Source of the DNA: an uncultured bacterium
GTDB taxonomy: Bacteria; Acidobacteriota; Thermoanaerobaculia; Multivoradales; JAHZIX01
Length of the DNA: 64,000 bases
Direction of reading: 5' to 3'
Assembly (NCBI GenBank): GCA_965368975.1
Contig: CBDUPA010000003.1
Location: 128,001-192,000, forward strand
Within the stretch, counting starts at the first letter, position 1. Each line of letters opens with the position of its first letter. A program made the position numbers and the translations under genes. Below the pieces are notes generated by a model. It was not told the origin of the DNA. It was given only the letters and a program-made list of their open reading frames with translations, and did not search any database. Positions 18,001-23,800 of the stretch are shown here, piece after piece.

Positions 18001-20857
18001 CGAGCTCCGCTTGCGCTATCGGCGTGATCTCTTCGACGCATCGACGGTGGCTCGCTGGCTCGCGACCTTGGAAGGGATCCTGGCGTGGATGACGCGCGCG
18101 GGGACAGCGCCACTGGCCAGCCTGCCGTGGGGGACCCGAGGTGAGCGGCATCAGCTGCTGGTCGAATGGCCGCGAGCTGGAGGACAGCTGCCGACAGGGC
18201 ACTCTGTGCCGGAGCTTCGAGCCTTGTTCGGGCGCTCCGCGATCGAGCGACCGGCGTCAGTGGCGGTGGTGCAGGGACGTCGACGGCTGAGCTACGGCGA
18301 CCTGCAACGACGGGTCGATCTACTGGCCGAGCGGCTCCGGGCACGCGGTGTGGGTGTCGAGTCGGTGGTGGCTCTCGGGTTGGAGCGATCACTCGAGCTG
18401 GTGATCGGGCTGCTGGCGGTGTTAACGGCGGGAGCGGCCTACGTACCGCTGTCGGCTGCCGATCCGCCGCGCCGCCGCCAGCGGCAGCTGCAGCAGGCCG
18501 GAGCTCGTTGGTTGCTGGTCCGCAGCAGGTCCGAGCCTTTCGTGAGTGCCGACGAGAGCGAAGGGCTCGACGTGCTGACCGTAGGCCAATCCCCGCGGGT
18601 CTTGTCGTTGCAGGAACCGGGACCACGGGATTCGATACGGTCCGTGACCCGTGAGACCGTCTCCGGCGAGTCGGCTGCCTACGTGCTCTTCACCTCTGGC
18701 TCCACCGGTGGGCCCAAGGGAGTGGTCATCCCGCGGCGTGCGCTGGCTGGCTACCTCCAGTGGGCGGCGGGCGCGTACGGCCTCGGAGCGGGACGCGGAG
18801 CCTTGGTGCACAGCGAGCTGCGCTTCGACTTCACGGTCACGCCACTGCTGGCACCGCTGGTCGCGGGCGCCACGACGGTGTTGCTGCCGCCTGCCGTTCC
18901 GGGCCGGGAAGCCGTGGGTCTGGCGGCGGCGTTGCGCCGAGGCGGACCGGTGCACGAAGGGCTGGACCTGCTCAAGCTCACACCGAGCCACCTGCGGTGG
19001 CTGCGCGCTAGCGACATCTCGTTGCCGCCGTCTCGATCGTTGCGCACGCAGCATCCACGCGTGACGGTGCTGGGCGGGGAAGTGGTGTCAGCGGCGCACG
19101 TCGAGGCCGCCGCGGGCTTGCTCGGGCACTACGGGTGGCGATGCTGGAACGAGTACGGCCCCACCGAGGCGACGGTCGGCTGTGCCGTGGCCGAGCTCGC
19201 CCTGTTGCCAGCGGCTGCAGGCTTGTCGATCAACCCAGGGCCGGTCGGTGAGCACGCGGCCGATTCGCTCCTCGGCGTCCAGACGGTGGGCCGGCCCGTC
19301 CCGGGCGCGCGCGTGCTGCTGCTCGATCACGGCGGCGAGCCGGTGCCGCTGGGCGTGGTCGGCGAGCTGGTGATCGAGGGGACAGGGCTGGCACGGGGCT
19401 ACGCCGGGCGACCGGCTGAGACTGCGGACCGCTTCCGGCCGTCGCCCAGCGGACGTGGTGCGCGCCGATACCATAGCGGCGACCTGGCGCGCTGGCAGGC
19501 AGAGGGTAGGCTGACCGTGCTGGGACGCCGCGACGCACAGCTGAAGGTACGCGGCCACCGACTGGAGCCGGCGGAGATCGAGGCGGAGCTGGTTCGTCTG
19601 CCGGAGGTGCACGCCGTCGCGGTCCTGGGGTATCGGGGGCGAGGGGGGCCGTCTCTGGAGCACCGAACTGTGGGGACCGAAACCGTCCGCTCGCAGGCCG
19701 CTGGTGAGGTCGAGCTAGTGGCCTTCGTCGTCCCTGCCGTCAACGGTCATTCGACAGATGCCGACCCTCCGAAGTTGCACCAGGTTCTACACCGGGCACT
19801 GAGGCGGCACTTGCCGGCGCCGTTGCTACCGTTGCGCTACGAGCTGCTGCCGGAGCTGCCGGTGACCACCGGGGGCAAGCTCGACCGCGGAGCCTTGCTC
19901 GAGCGCCTGCGATCGGAGCGAACGCCGCCGGCGTCTCTCGTTTCTGGTGGAGACGCGGTCGATGCTGCGGGCGACCGGTTGCTCCACACCATCGTTGCGC
20001 AGTTTCGCGCGCTCCTCGAGCGTCCGGTCTTGGCGAGCGACGACTTCTTTGACCTCGGAGGTCATTCCTTGCTGGCGGTGCGCCTGGCGGCACAGTTACG
20101 GCACCGGCTGGGTCGCGAGGTACCGCTGGAATGGTTCTTTCGCGAGGCTACACCCTTGGCCTTGGCACAGCGTCTGCGGCAGCGAGCGGTTGCTGCTGTG
20201 CCGTTCAGTGATCTGGGATCCGAAGCTGGAAGCAGTGACGGAGACCTCGTTTGCCTACGCCCTGGCGCGGCGGAAGAGCCCTGGTTCTGGTTACCGCCGC
20301 GCGACAACAACGTCCTTTGCTACCGTGACTTGGAGGCGGCGCTCGATACCGGTCCGGCGGTCTTCGGTCTCCAGGGGGGGCGCGACTACGCTCTGCAAGA
20401 CTCTGGGGTTTCGCAGCAGCGGCGAGTCTCCGCGTGCGTCCAGCTTCTACGGCGGTGCCAGCCGGTGGGGCCCTACCATCTCGCGGGGTGGTCTGAGGGA
20501 GGCGTTCTCGCCTTCGCGGTAGCCCGGCAGCTGGTGGAGGAAGGGGAGCGCGTCTCCTCACTGGTCCTGATCGACGCGCGGGCACCGAACTACCCGGCAC
20601 CCGATGTTCTTGCCACCCGCGGACCTTTCTCCCGGCTCGGTCGATTGATCCTACTGCGGCCGGAGCAGCGGGGCAGCGAAGCGGACGAGACCCTCGGCTG
20701 GCATCGATGGGCGTCCGAGGTGCAGGTGATCACTGTGCCTGGTGATCACTTCTCTATGGTGCGATCACCTCACGCCCGGGAGGTGGCTGCACGACTGAGC
20801 CAGTACCGGCAACAGGGCTCAGCCGATCACGATAGATCTTCGCAAGGCGCCGATTGA
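2..20857 (+). CDS. Multimodular non-ribosomal peptide synthetase, 5'-truncated at window edge; A-T-C-T-C-A-T-E-C-A-T-C-A(N-MT)-T-C-A-T-TE
   Basis: Frame is open from nt 2, so GTG at 23 is not the true start; the first residues look like a C-A linker (RHQLLHEW). Motifs: A1 YILHTSGSTG ~661; T1 GLDSL ~1961; C HHLIVDG ~2582; T2 GAHSL ~3713; C HHLAVDG ~4344; A2 YTAGSGGRPKG ~5830; T3 GGDSI ~7073; E HHLAIDALSW ~7655 plus ESHGR and NYLG; C HHLVLDG ~8981; A3 FTSGTGG ~10583; T4 GGDSL ~11915; C HHIVSDG ~12521; A4 HTSGSSG ~13970 with inserted MT LEIGCGSG ~15140; T5 GGHSL ~16469; C HHIVSDG ~17123; A5 FTSGSTG ~18689; T6 GGHSL ~20057; TE GWSEGG ~20486 and GDH ~20741. Confidence 0.97.
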   Translation, partial: RSLESTAVQLAGGHLRGASSGARLRDLEVLAPAARHQLLHEWRRPPGSSASTPELLGAAFLAQAARRPEAVAVQWHRGCLSYRELARRADAFAARLRRDGAASVAGREREAPVAVCLDRGPAQLVALLGVVLAGVPYLPLSVDGPRRRLEAVLRQTGCRHVCGTPEIFDDIVRGLDLSRRRDDRAGQASLWHYDAATVQQVEASWSSAPKPPRAQPLQAVYILHTSGSTGTPRGVVVSQLALAGQLAWLRRRLDFGPSDALLHKTAVTFDAAGWELWLPLISGGRLLLAPGGDEFDPGRLWRRLQTWRATVLQLVPSQLGALLARPLPAGLSIAGGGSLRWLACGGEVLPPTLARAWYERCPRTRLLNLYGPTEATINASSELVAAVDLRREASGREAAARVALGRSCDGVETLVVQADGDLAVPGQAGELALAGAGLARGYQGCPAATAEAFRPHPWSRRPGGRLYFTGDRVRFLSDGRLDFLGRLDDQLKLRGVRIEPGEIEAVLLRHPRLQAAVVGVVGEGDRRSLTAWVVGHSDAASEESAAAIDEDLSAKGLRRFVARTLPVSSVPSQVHVLPHLPLTLHGKVDRRRLQAQASASMPRPGVKNRLGVLERDREPRHTPLEADLVRWVTSMVPGLQAGDVGVDTDLLQLGLDSLRGLELLAQFEQRSGLHLRLRDLFETPTIAGLAARAEVSRLSGLKTAAEAIGQSRSAPAQTRATFAQERLWVEEKRRAPGRGISGYHLALAWDLAAPPARLRALRCQLPEALCALARRHPLLRVDLVEEMGELRLRMQDTGGLERYCPETLRHLDLTGLAPTVRSLHLRRLHAAALGRPLLPELARSCWLQLAPDHAQLILVWHHLIVDGASLGWLAQDLSSALCRHGEESQTGDEAQAAALDSALPYLRFARDQRQWAEGVEAQRASVYWRRRLRGYRPWTLLPLSSELAKVELPSAARTARIELPAALVAELQQRGATAGATLNMVLLAALFALLARHGRRDLLIGVPVNERRTPEVQRCTGLFVNLLPLRLRWQEEDDWPSLLERVRRALLRDLERAALPFEQIVDVAGWTRAGWSRTGVGVLPALLGLGDQTPALPLGGIGTAPLDLPVPVAVQDLEFQLRRTATGGIEGVLVRPAVVAHEAVEAMAAEYRQLLEHLAATPEARVPLALTSLADRRLEVAFSLPSAAAPTEASPTISWTPPRSPEEAVLAEVWADLLDGQRQRGHGPGVHEDLFALGAHSLLLLRAAHRLRGLWKRDVSLAWLFEHPTIAQQAAALAAPGALARPPSGQDLRGTEAGRKRRDGPVKLVAPVSFAQRRLIRTERWSPGSVAYNLAVAWQVEGSLQLRALERAGQSLVRRHESLRTRFGRSDHALRQVVLAASPVTLRRIDVRGLPVAVARELGVELLRRAALQPFDPLHRAQMLRLLVVLQPEDTSARAHQQVLLASHHLAVDGWSLGLLARDVGRFYREQLSSPSMPSRVPAPALQPADAAIAERRWLRGSRRRRWLRAGLAQLENLEPIELPADRPAARLVHRLEGRGGVEAAEAEAGGSVAVHLEATLSASVRELAATAGATPFMVLLSAAAAVLARRRDAVRGGRDVVFGAPEAGRSGGYLETGMLDDVVGNFVNPLVLRVSMAQPGAVTLQGLVQQVRDVCLRAFELRALPFDLLQRAWRRRQQASRTSLFQASFALHDLPPAVPDFGQATVTEIELPCLPVHFDLAWHWWWQGETLAGQLAFRRSLFDTTSVQHLGQQLRSLLQAATSDPRRPLAAVPLCTASQRQQLLREWPRAAAPAVPRFGPDAFAAFEAQARRTPDAVAITRDGVHHGGAWLSFGALYRRALGLGQLIGSKELGTEGVVALEVSAGLEQVIALLATLAVGAAYLPLDPRQPRARRDELCRDAGVGAQAGARAVVTRTDILAATSSGGRSAARLVGRDARAAYVLYTAGSGGRPKGVLVEHRQLLAYVQAFSERLAGGAPRFSCALVQPWTVDSTVSTIFPPLLLGGRLCLPARGATLEPRRLASFLARQSVDLLKIAPSHLAALAETVGVTALLPQRWLVVGGETFPVTLARELVSAAPPSLQIFNHYGPTETTVGSLMHRLPDAVGHNAWPHGVPIGRALPGERAYVVDQRGDPVPVNDVGELWLGGGGVARGYLGKPAATALAFVPDPWRQGARCYRTGDLVRCLTSGELCFVGRRDLQLKVRGFRVEPAEIEAALLRLPAVREAVVGSTEGVAGARLVAFVAVRRDQQVSATDVLDALRELLPAHMVPAHCQILEQLPRTPHGKLDRSALLSRVLPELVESQQGTPGALDGRGASVDDRTAAGSGSTIQNLLARIWADVLGVTTVDPHDDFFRLGGDSITALRVLARAHRQGLELSVRQLFERPTVASLAEVVRPLDGRSDAAEPLRRASGPVPLTPLQQALLRAAHVDVRAVDQAMVVTLSRMVAVGRVETALAALVAHHDALRLRFRRLRGRWWQAMSPASRVTVAMSPRVEVVDLERLTAVDVLAEERRLQAARGRRRYDLRHGPLLHAVYVRRGAWAPCLLLAVHHLAIDALSWPPLLDDLETLLSGHAPPPAPSFALWARRRAAWCRSTEARGQLGHWQRAGRPPAMDAQVCRQLRAGRSSCRTTGCLSFESQLDGATTRALVQGLSVATGAGPLAALVVAWARALDVREAWLELESHGRQGIGPRAERLVGWCAAAYPFRFRLPQADPVGGRRPKAVDADRRALEAARVQLRAVPDAGAGYTGARGVSQRRWRGPFVRINYLGDAALAAPTAGADGVFLARRSAVASDRGWAGPPLRLDAGVEDGCLCLRWSLRPGTLDTTAVRALTETFQRQLRRLARLAGVGDDVADAYPLTAPQQGILAGCLARPESSAYFVQQWWSLDAAVARAPRQAVLRAAWLRVIARHPALRTSFRVDAEPEQRVHRDVQVPWREIDLRRLGGEARRAAWQHVLERDRRRGFDPGQPPLLRFALVHGRAAARLLWSRHHLVLDGWSVPILLAEVRALMAAAGHLGVSMEPWRLEQLPAQEWDAAAGLRLAPRFRQHVLEQLRRGTDINFWRRWLRGVRRSTPVPLDVPVTPGDPHPADSHTRSQRLGSQRQRQQSLRMTPAWSERLDAFSRQRRLTFATLVQAAWALLLARCSATADVVFGVTLAGRSAQTPAAESVVGLCLNALPLRLRVPATRATGPWLVYVQQRATRLAAEASASPAEILRRAVPRGSLASLFETLVVVENYPLSTDVPSPQVASDVRYVPSFAHGGGFSQTEHALVLVAIPPAAENCGIELAVRYDPRRLDAAAARSLLHQTARLLRQFARRRPSVPLHQLGSPAVPAALLGSLEEAHDLADWAGPPAVWLAEQVRRTPERLAVRDGRQALSFRQLWQITGVLSRDLQRAGAGPGRLVVVSGARRGSLVPALLAVARSGAAWWVLDPEFPSAARCEQLRLLLAAQTAPRPVAWLCLPDQAEASPVLEPEVRTWLERLAGPFEVPWPKSREAVAPREEPAEKMGPTPTAGPDDAAYLVFTSGTGGMPRAVVAPQRAAAHFLRWVRHQWPGERPGEGERSALLAGLGHDPLLRDVWAPLVRGGTVHVPPAGSWRDGQRLGRWLAREAIQQVHVTPGLARLLVEAPASIRWPHLRRVIFAGGAVEPALVEALRQRSCQHLSRDRGERCAGFTWISTYGTSETPQIAAWSLAAADRAAVLGLVGISGFQLLVVRLGGRRLEIAAVGEVGEIHVRSRYLATGYIEASSGTGQPGAGQAGFRRFPGSSDPLDRLFATGDLGRFLPAEAAASSPAAVQVLGRRDRQLKVRGVRVAPEDVEARLRACQHSCATSVADAAVVPVVGSVRQVQMAAAVTVRGAAVLSPGAVRQLEMELYQQLQRVLPAALVPSPIRVLPRLPLTASGKTDLRRVRCLLAEARRRVDSLPSGPAKADVARGARTSLEALVAEVWEDVLQHPGLAFDQDFFALGGDSLLAVRVASRLRQLLERPVPVRWLFEAPTVARLTDRLVQPPPHATGGARPEPARALRRQRGDQGPLSFAQRRLWLVDRLNPGDAGYHLPVAWQIAGRLQIAALVAAARFLVCRHAGLRTHFPRRDGRPRQVVVPVEKVAAGRLRVPCIDLRRLGPAALEHGRELLHRSALRPFDLARGPLLRWRLLRLGEADHLLQWEQHHIVSDGWSKSIFQRELSAAYASFAAGQGPPVLPVLPLRYLDFAVWQRRRLRGASKARLTAGWRRLLDGFRPVELPLDRSLERPPGPGVTGGGLAERRLPAALWHRVQAAARAAGVTPFMWLSASFLSLLGRLSGRRDPAVAVPTARRDRPELEGILGFFVNLVVLRTDLRVPSFSDLVRQLRDTTLAAFDLEELPFDLLVRALLPEEHGAERGAYRYRQADTRRHRDPTLPLVPAVFALQSPAAAPVWPGVELRPFDLDLCPPRARLEVFAWPLRPETNGDAGLQLLWLYRRQCLDTTTVERWLDSWQILIDAALTSPEMRVEALPLVAEASRQQLLREWQGRVVSHDMDVSLPAWIAAQARRTPEALAVLDDRSGHHLSYRTLVQRAGDLGQRLQRALERRNCPQGPVAVELERGPELLTSLLAVLWAGAAYLAIDPALPRERRSELRAVGSLWLHRPRRGEVRPEGVPVPVHPEAAAYVVHTSGSSGRPKGVVIPHAALLNHLRWMQRCLPLRPADRLLQKTPLSFDAAMWELWTPLVAGGVLVLAHPDVQRRPRALLATIARRGISVLQLVPSHLRWLWRTGAGWRALRRLRRLLCGGERLDLDLLRAVRRRLPDVELINLYGPAEVTIDATFAHLSAAPAPPRGVPPIGRPLDGIRALVLDRHQCWLPVGVAGELGLGGVGLARGYLQQAAATAAVFVPDALGSPGSRLYRSGDLARWRADGQLEILGRIDRQLSIRGRRLEPAEIESLLRRHAGVAEAVVVASRRPEPRKGPRWQSGSPRLLAYVVPASVESLVASGGAAQQHSSWRVEEWRQVYEEVYRQPAAAAPEEDFSGWTRSSDGQPIPEAEMREWLEHTVERVRALGGRRILEIGCGSGLLLWRLASGCRSYLGTDFSATVIARLQAQLAERDRRWQGVSVERRLADDFEGLEFDSFDVVVVNSVAQYFPDLGYLQRVLEGALACLAPGGSLFVGDVRSLPLLEAFHLEVAAVDATGERLLRRARQRRQEDPELVLHPDFFRRLAQRHGLGLQLLAKAGRACNELTRYRYDAVLRRRPVTSPVRVAAWDEVTGQHRPAGRPAALAAWLRDTPADTVAVTSVPDRRLAEPLQRLLRWTGISPWSGSGVAEVVRRGAEEPAEVEGFDVEDLRQGFLAAGYHAQPHLSARGPGWVDLVARRAGVVAEPVALPAGAAAALADRQLSNRPWGGGTLGELETSLRQYLQRWLPAALVPAHFVRLNALPRLAGGKLDRSALPQEQPQSQPHQEPLPSPALLPGESRQAYRPKGSLERMVADVWQRVLGVRGVGRDDHFFQLGGHSLLATRVATRLSRRLGVDVPLRCLFEAPVLWRLAQHLSSLRAASRAKASAVLTPDRRSTPGRLPRLSAARRCRPLPLSFAQRRLWFVHRLRPADPAYNVFAALRLEGTLDAAALHRAFGHLQARHEILRTRFVEIDGRPRQIVEPAAAEGVGSRIRFVYLDLQRLVSAKNTVQARTVLDLLRTASGVPFALDLAGAWRAGLLRLAPDQHVLWLVLHHIVSDGWSQSVLYRELETFYRREVGADAAALPALPVQVVDFAQWQRKRLRGLALRRQLAWWRRCLRGLEPLALPYDRSLPSVETQPPGAVVRRVLDGDLWRRVEAAGRRAEATPFMVLLSAYFLLLQGLTPRLDAARRDVTVGTPVAGRHHPRLEGLIGCFVNTLVLRAPGGPREAQESCQAVVASGDSTVEGWLRAVRVLVIDAFARQEVPFERLVEVLRPRRELQRSPLFQAALALHNTPAVDFHLPGIRVAAQEVPLDKARFEAELHAWPLADGGATQTSGGATGAGGCELRLRYRRDLFDASTVARWLATLEGILAWMTRAGTAPLASLPWGTRGERHQLLVEWPRAGGQLPTGHSVPELRALFGRSAIERPASVAVVQGRRRLSYGDLQRRVDLLAERLRARGVGVESVVALGLERSLELVIGLLAVLTAGAAYVPLSAADPPRRRQRQLQQAGARWLLVRSRSEPFVSADESEGLDVLTVGQSPRVLSLQEPGPRDSIRSVTRETVSGESAAYVLFTSGSTGGPKGVVIPRRALAGYLQWAAGAYGLGAGRGALVHSELRFDFTVTPLLAPLVAGATTVLLPPAVPGREAVGLAAALRRGGPVHEGLDLLKLTPSHLRWLRASDISLPPSRSLRTQHPRVTVLGGEVVSAAHVEAAAGLLGHYGWRCWNEYGPTEATVGCAVAELALLPAAAGLSINPGPVGEHAADSLLGVQTVGRPVPGARVLLLDHGGEPVPLGVVGELVIEGTGLARGYAGRPAETADRFRPSPSGRGARRYHSGDLARWQAEGRLTVLGRRDAQLKVRGHRLEPAEIEAELVRLPEVHAVAVLGYRGRGGPSLEHRTVGTETVRSQAAGEVELVAFVVPAVNGHSTDADPPKLHQVLHRALRRHLPAPLLPLRYELLPELPVTTGGKLDRGALLERLRSERTPPASLVSGGDAVDAAGDRLLHTIVAQFRALLERPVLASDDFFDLGGHSLLAVRLAAQLRHRLGREVPLEWFFREATPLALAQRLRQRAVAAVPFSDLGSEAGSSDGDLVCLRPGAAEEPWFWLPPRDNNVLCYRDLEAALDTGPAVFGLQGGRDYALQDSGVSQQRRVSACVQLLRRCQPVGPYHLAGWSEGGVLAFAVARQLVEEGERVSSLVLIDARAPNYPAPDVLATRGPFSRLGRLILLRPEQRGSEADETLGWHRWASEVQVITVPGDHFSMVRSPHAREVAARLSQYRQQGSADHDRSSQGAD

Positions 20858-23800
20858 GCGCGAACTGCCGGCTCTGGACACCCTGGATCAACTCGTTCAG
20901 CCTGGCTTGCCCAGCGTTGATGTTACCGCTGCTCAACTCGATGATGGCGTGCGCCAGCAGTAGATCTTGCTGCAGCACGACCAGGCCGAAGCGGCGACTG
21001 TCCCGCTCAAGCTCGGTGAGTCGTTGCTGCAGACCGCTGTAGTCGTCGTTGAGGTAGGCGTTGAGCACGGCCATCAGTTCGACGTAGATACGCACGTGCG
21101 GATTCTCGCTCACGCGGGATCTATGGCGGGCACGTGCCAGCGCCTGATCCGCCTCCGCGAAGCGCTCTTGGTGTGCCAGTGCCTGTGCCAACAGGGCGTC
21201 CACGAGGGCCAATTCGTCGGTCCTTTCCTGCAGTTCCAAGACCGGGCGTGCCTGCAGGGCTATTGCCTCGGCCTCGGTCATGCGATTCTGGGTCAGGTAT
21301 AGACGCCCTAGGAGCAGCTGAGTCTCGGCAATGTTGGTGCTCTGCTCCAACTGACTGCGCAGGTTGAGCGCGCGTTGGAACGCGCTTTCTGCTTCTTCCA
21401 ACTTGTCTTGCAGGTGCAAGAGTCGGCCCAGCGCCTGGTAGAAATAGGCTTCCTGGTGGCCCCGGTCGCCGGCACCGGCCAAGGAGAGACCTTCTCGCAG
21501 AGCCGTTTCGGCTTCGTCGAGCCGGCCGGCGGCGAGGTCGACCATGCCTAGATCGTGCAGTGCCCAGATGCGGCCGCTCTCGTTACCGGCTTCTTGGGCT
21601 AGCTGCAGCGCCTCCGCGGCGTGCAGCCTGGCTTCTGGCAGACGGCCCAGGCGCAACAGAACAGTCGAGGTGTTCTCCTGGGCCCACATCAAGCGCTCGG
21701 TGTTACCGCTGCTGCGCGCCAGCTCCGCAGCTTCGTCGAGCAGTTGCAGCGCCGCGTCCAGTTGACCCTGTTGGCGCTTCAGGACCGCCAGGTTGTTGAG
21801 CGTCCGCGAGATGTTCTCGACGTCCTTGATATCTCGGAAGATGCTCAGCGCTTCTAGGTGATGACTCTCGGCGCCCAACAGGTCGCCGGAACGACCGTCC
21901 AGCACGGCCAGCTCGGCGATACAGCGTGCCGCCCGGCCGCGGTCGCCGATGGTCTCGAAACCGAGCCGTGCTTCGTGCAGGGCTCGGCGAGAGTCAGCAG
22001 TTCGACCTAGCCGCAGCAGGGCCCAGCCTCTCTGGAACTGGGCCTCGGCTTGCAGACTGCGCGCTTGTTGAGCCCGTGCCCGTTCGAGAACCCGATCGGC
22101 GGCGGACAGTTGCAGGTTCCACTCGCCCTGTTCCCGCGCGATCTTGGCCTGGGCAAGGTCGATGCGTGGGTCGGCGAAGGTGCCCGAGGGTCTGGTTTGC
22201 AGACTGGTCAAGATCTCCACCGCGGCGGTGGAGCGGTCGGCGTCGAGCAGGATATCGATCAGCTTCAGACCGTGGTCGATATTGTCGGTGTGGTAGTCGC
22301 GCAGCAGACGATAGGTGTCGACGGCTGCGTCCCAGTCGTGGAACTGTTCGTAGAAGTTGGCCTGGATGGAGAGCTGGTGCTCGCGTGGCAGCTCCTTGCT
22401 TTCCAGCAGGGCATAGGCGTCGCGCGCGCTCTTCTGGGCCAGCTCGTCGTAGCCGAGGGCCGCCTGCGCTTGGCTGAGAGCCAGGTGAGCGAGCGCATGC
22501 GATGGATCCTCCGTGATCGCGTGCTGGAGCTCGCTGCGGGCACCGGCGGCATCGTAGGCGCGCAGCTTCTCGAGGCCACGAGTGTACGCCACGCGCGCTT
22601 CTGGATCGTCGGAGATGACGGCTTCGAGCTGCAGCGCTTGCTGCTGGGACACGGTCGCGACGCCGAGTTGTCGACGCAGCCGTGCAGCTGTTTCTTCCAC
22701 CAGCTTTTGCAGATCGGTTTGCAGGCCGGTCATCGGCAGGCTGGCCGAATGGTCGCTCAGGCGTGTGTCCTGCAAGTAGATGTTGAGGTCGAGGCCGCTG
22801 CCGCTACCGCTGCTGAACGAGCCCGAGACCACGTAGTCTGTGCCCAGGCGATCGCGCAGACTGCGCAGGGTCGTACTACCCAGGCTGGTTGCCTGGGTAG
22901 TACTCAGGTCGCGCTGGGCTTCCAAGATTCTCTCGGCCGGGATCACCCGCAGGCTACCGTCTATACCCAGGTGAGCCGACAACATTTCGGCCAAAGCGGT
23001 TTCCAGCCAGGCGTCGTTCGGGTTTTGCGACAACATGTGGAAACGCAGCACCGCCACGGATGGTCGAGGCGGTCCGTCGCTGCTCGGCAGGGTCTCGTCG
23101 GTACTCCGGCGCCAGCTGAGCCAGGCACTGGCCAGTGCCAGCAGGATCAACAGGCCGATAGCGCCGAGCAGGGTGGAGCGTCGTGGAGCACCACGTGCTT
23201 CCGTGGCCGCGCGGTGCGCCTTGTCGTTCGGCTGGATCGGCTGCGGCAGCGCGACGTCGACGGTGGCGATCTCATAGATCCCGACGGAGTCTTCCAGCCC
23301 CTTGAAGACGAAACGACCGTGGTCGTACCAGTGGACTGCCAGGCCGTCGACGCGGAGGGCGGACAGGCGGCGACGGCACAGGTCGAAGGCCGCTTGCGTC
23401 AGCAGCGTCTGACCGCCGCTGGCCAGGGCCATGGTACGTGCGGCGGTGGGCTTCGCCAGGCCCTCGACCTCGAGTGGCTTGGCGCCGCGCGCCACGTCGT
23501 CGGTGCGATTGTGGCGCAGCACCAATTCGCCCAGATGGATGCCGGCGCGTGCCTGCAGGTCGATCCCCATTTCCTCGCCCAGCTCGCGCAATCGTTGGTG
23601 GTAGTCGAGGGTGTAGGAGAGGGCATCGATCGGACGATCGAAGAGCAGCAGGAAGCCATCGGTCTTGTCGATTTCCATGCCACTGTGCTTGCCGAGCAGG
23701 TCGCGCGCCAGGCGGTCGTGGCGGGCGAAGACATCGACGGCACGGTCATCACCCAGGCGGTCGACCAGCTGTGTGCTGTCCACCAGGTCTGTGACCAGGA

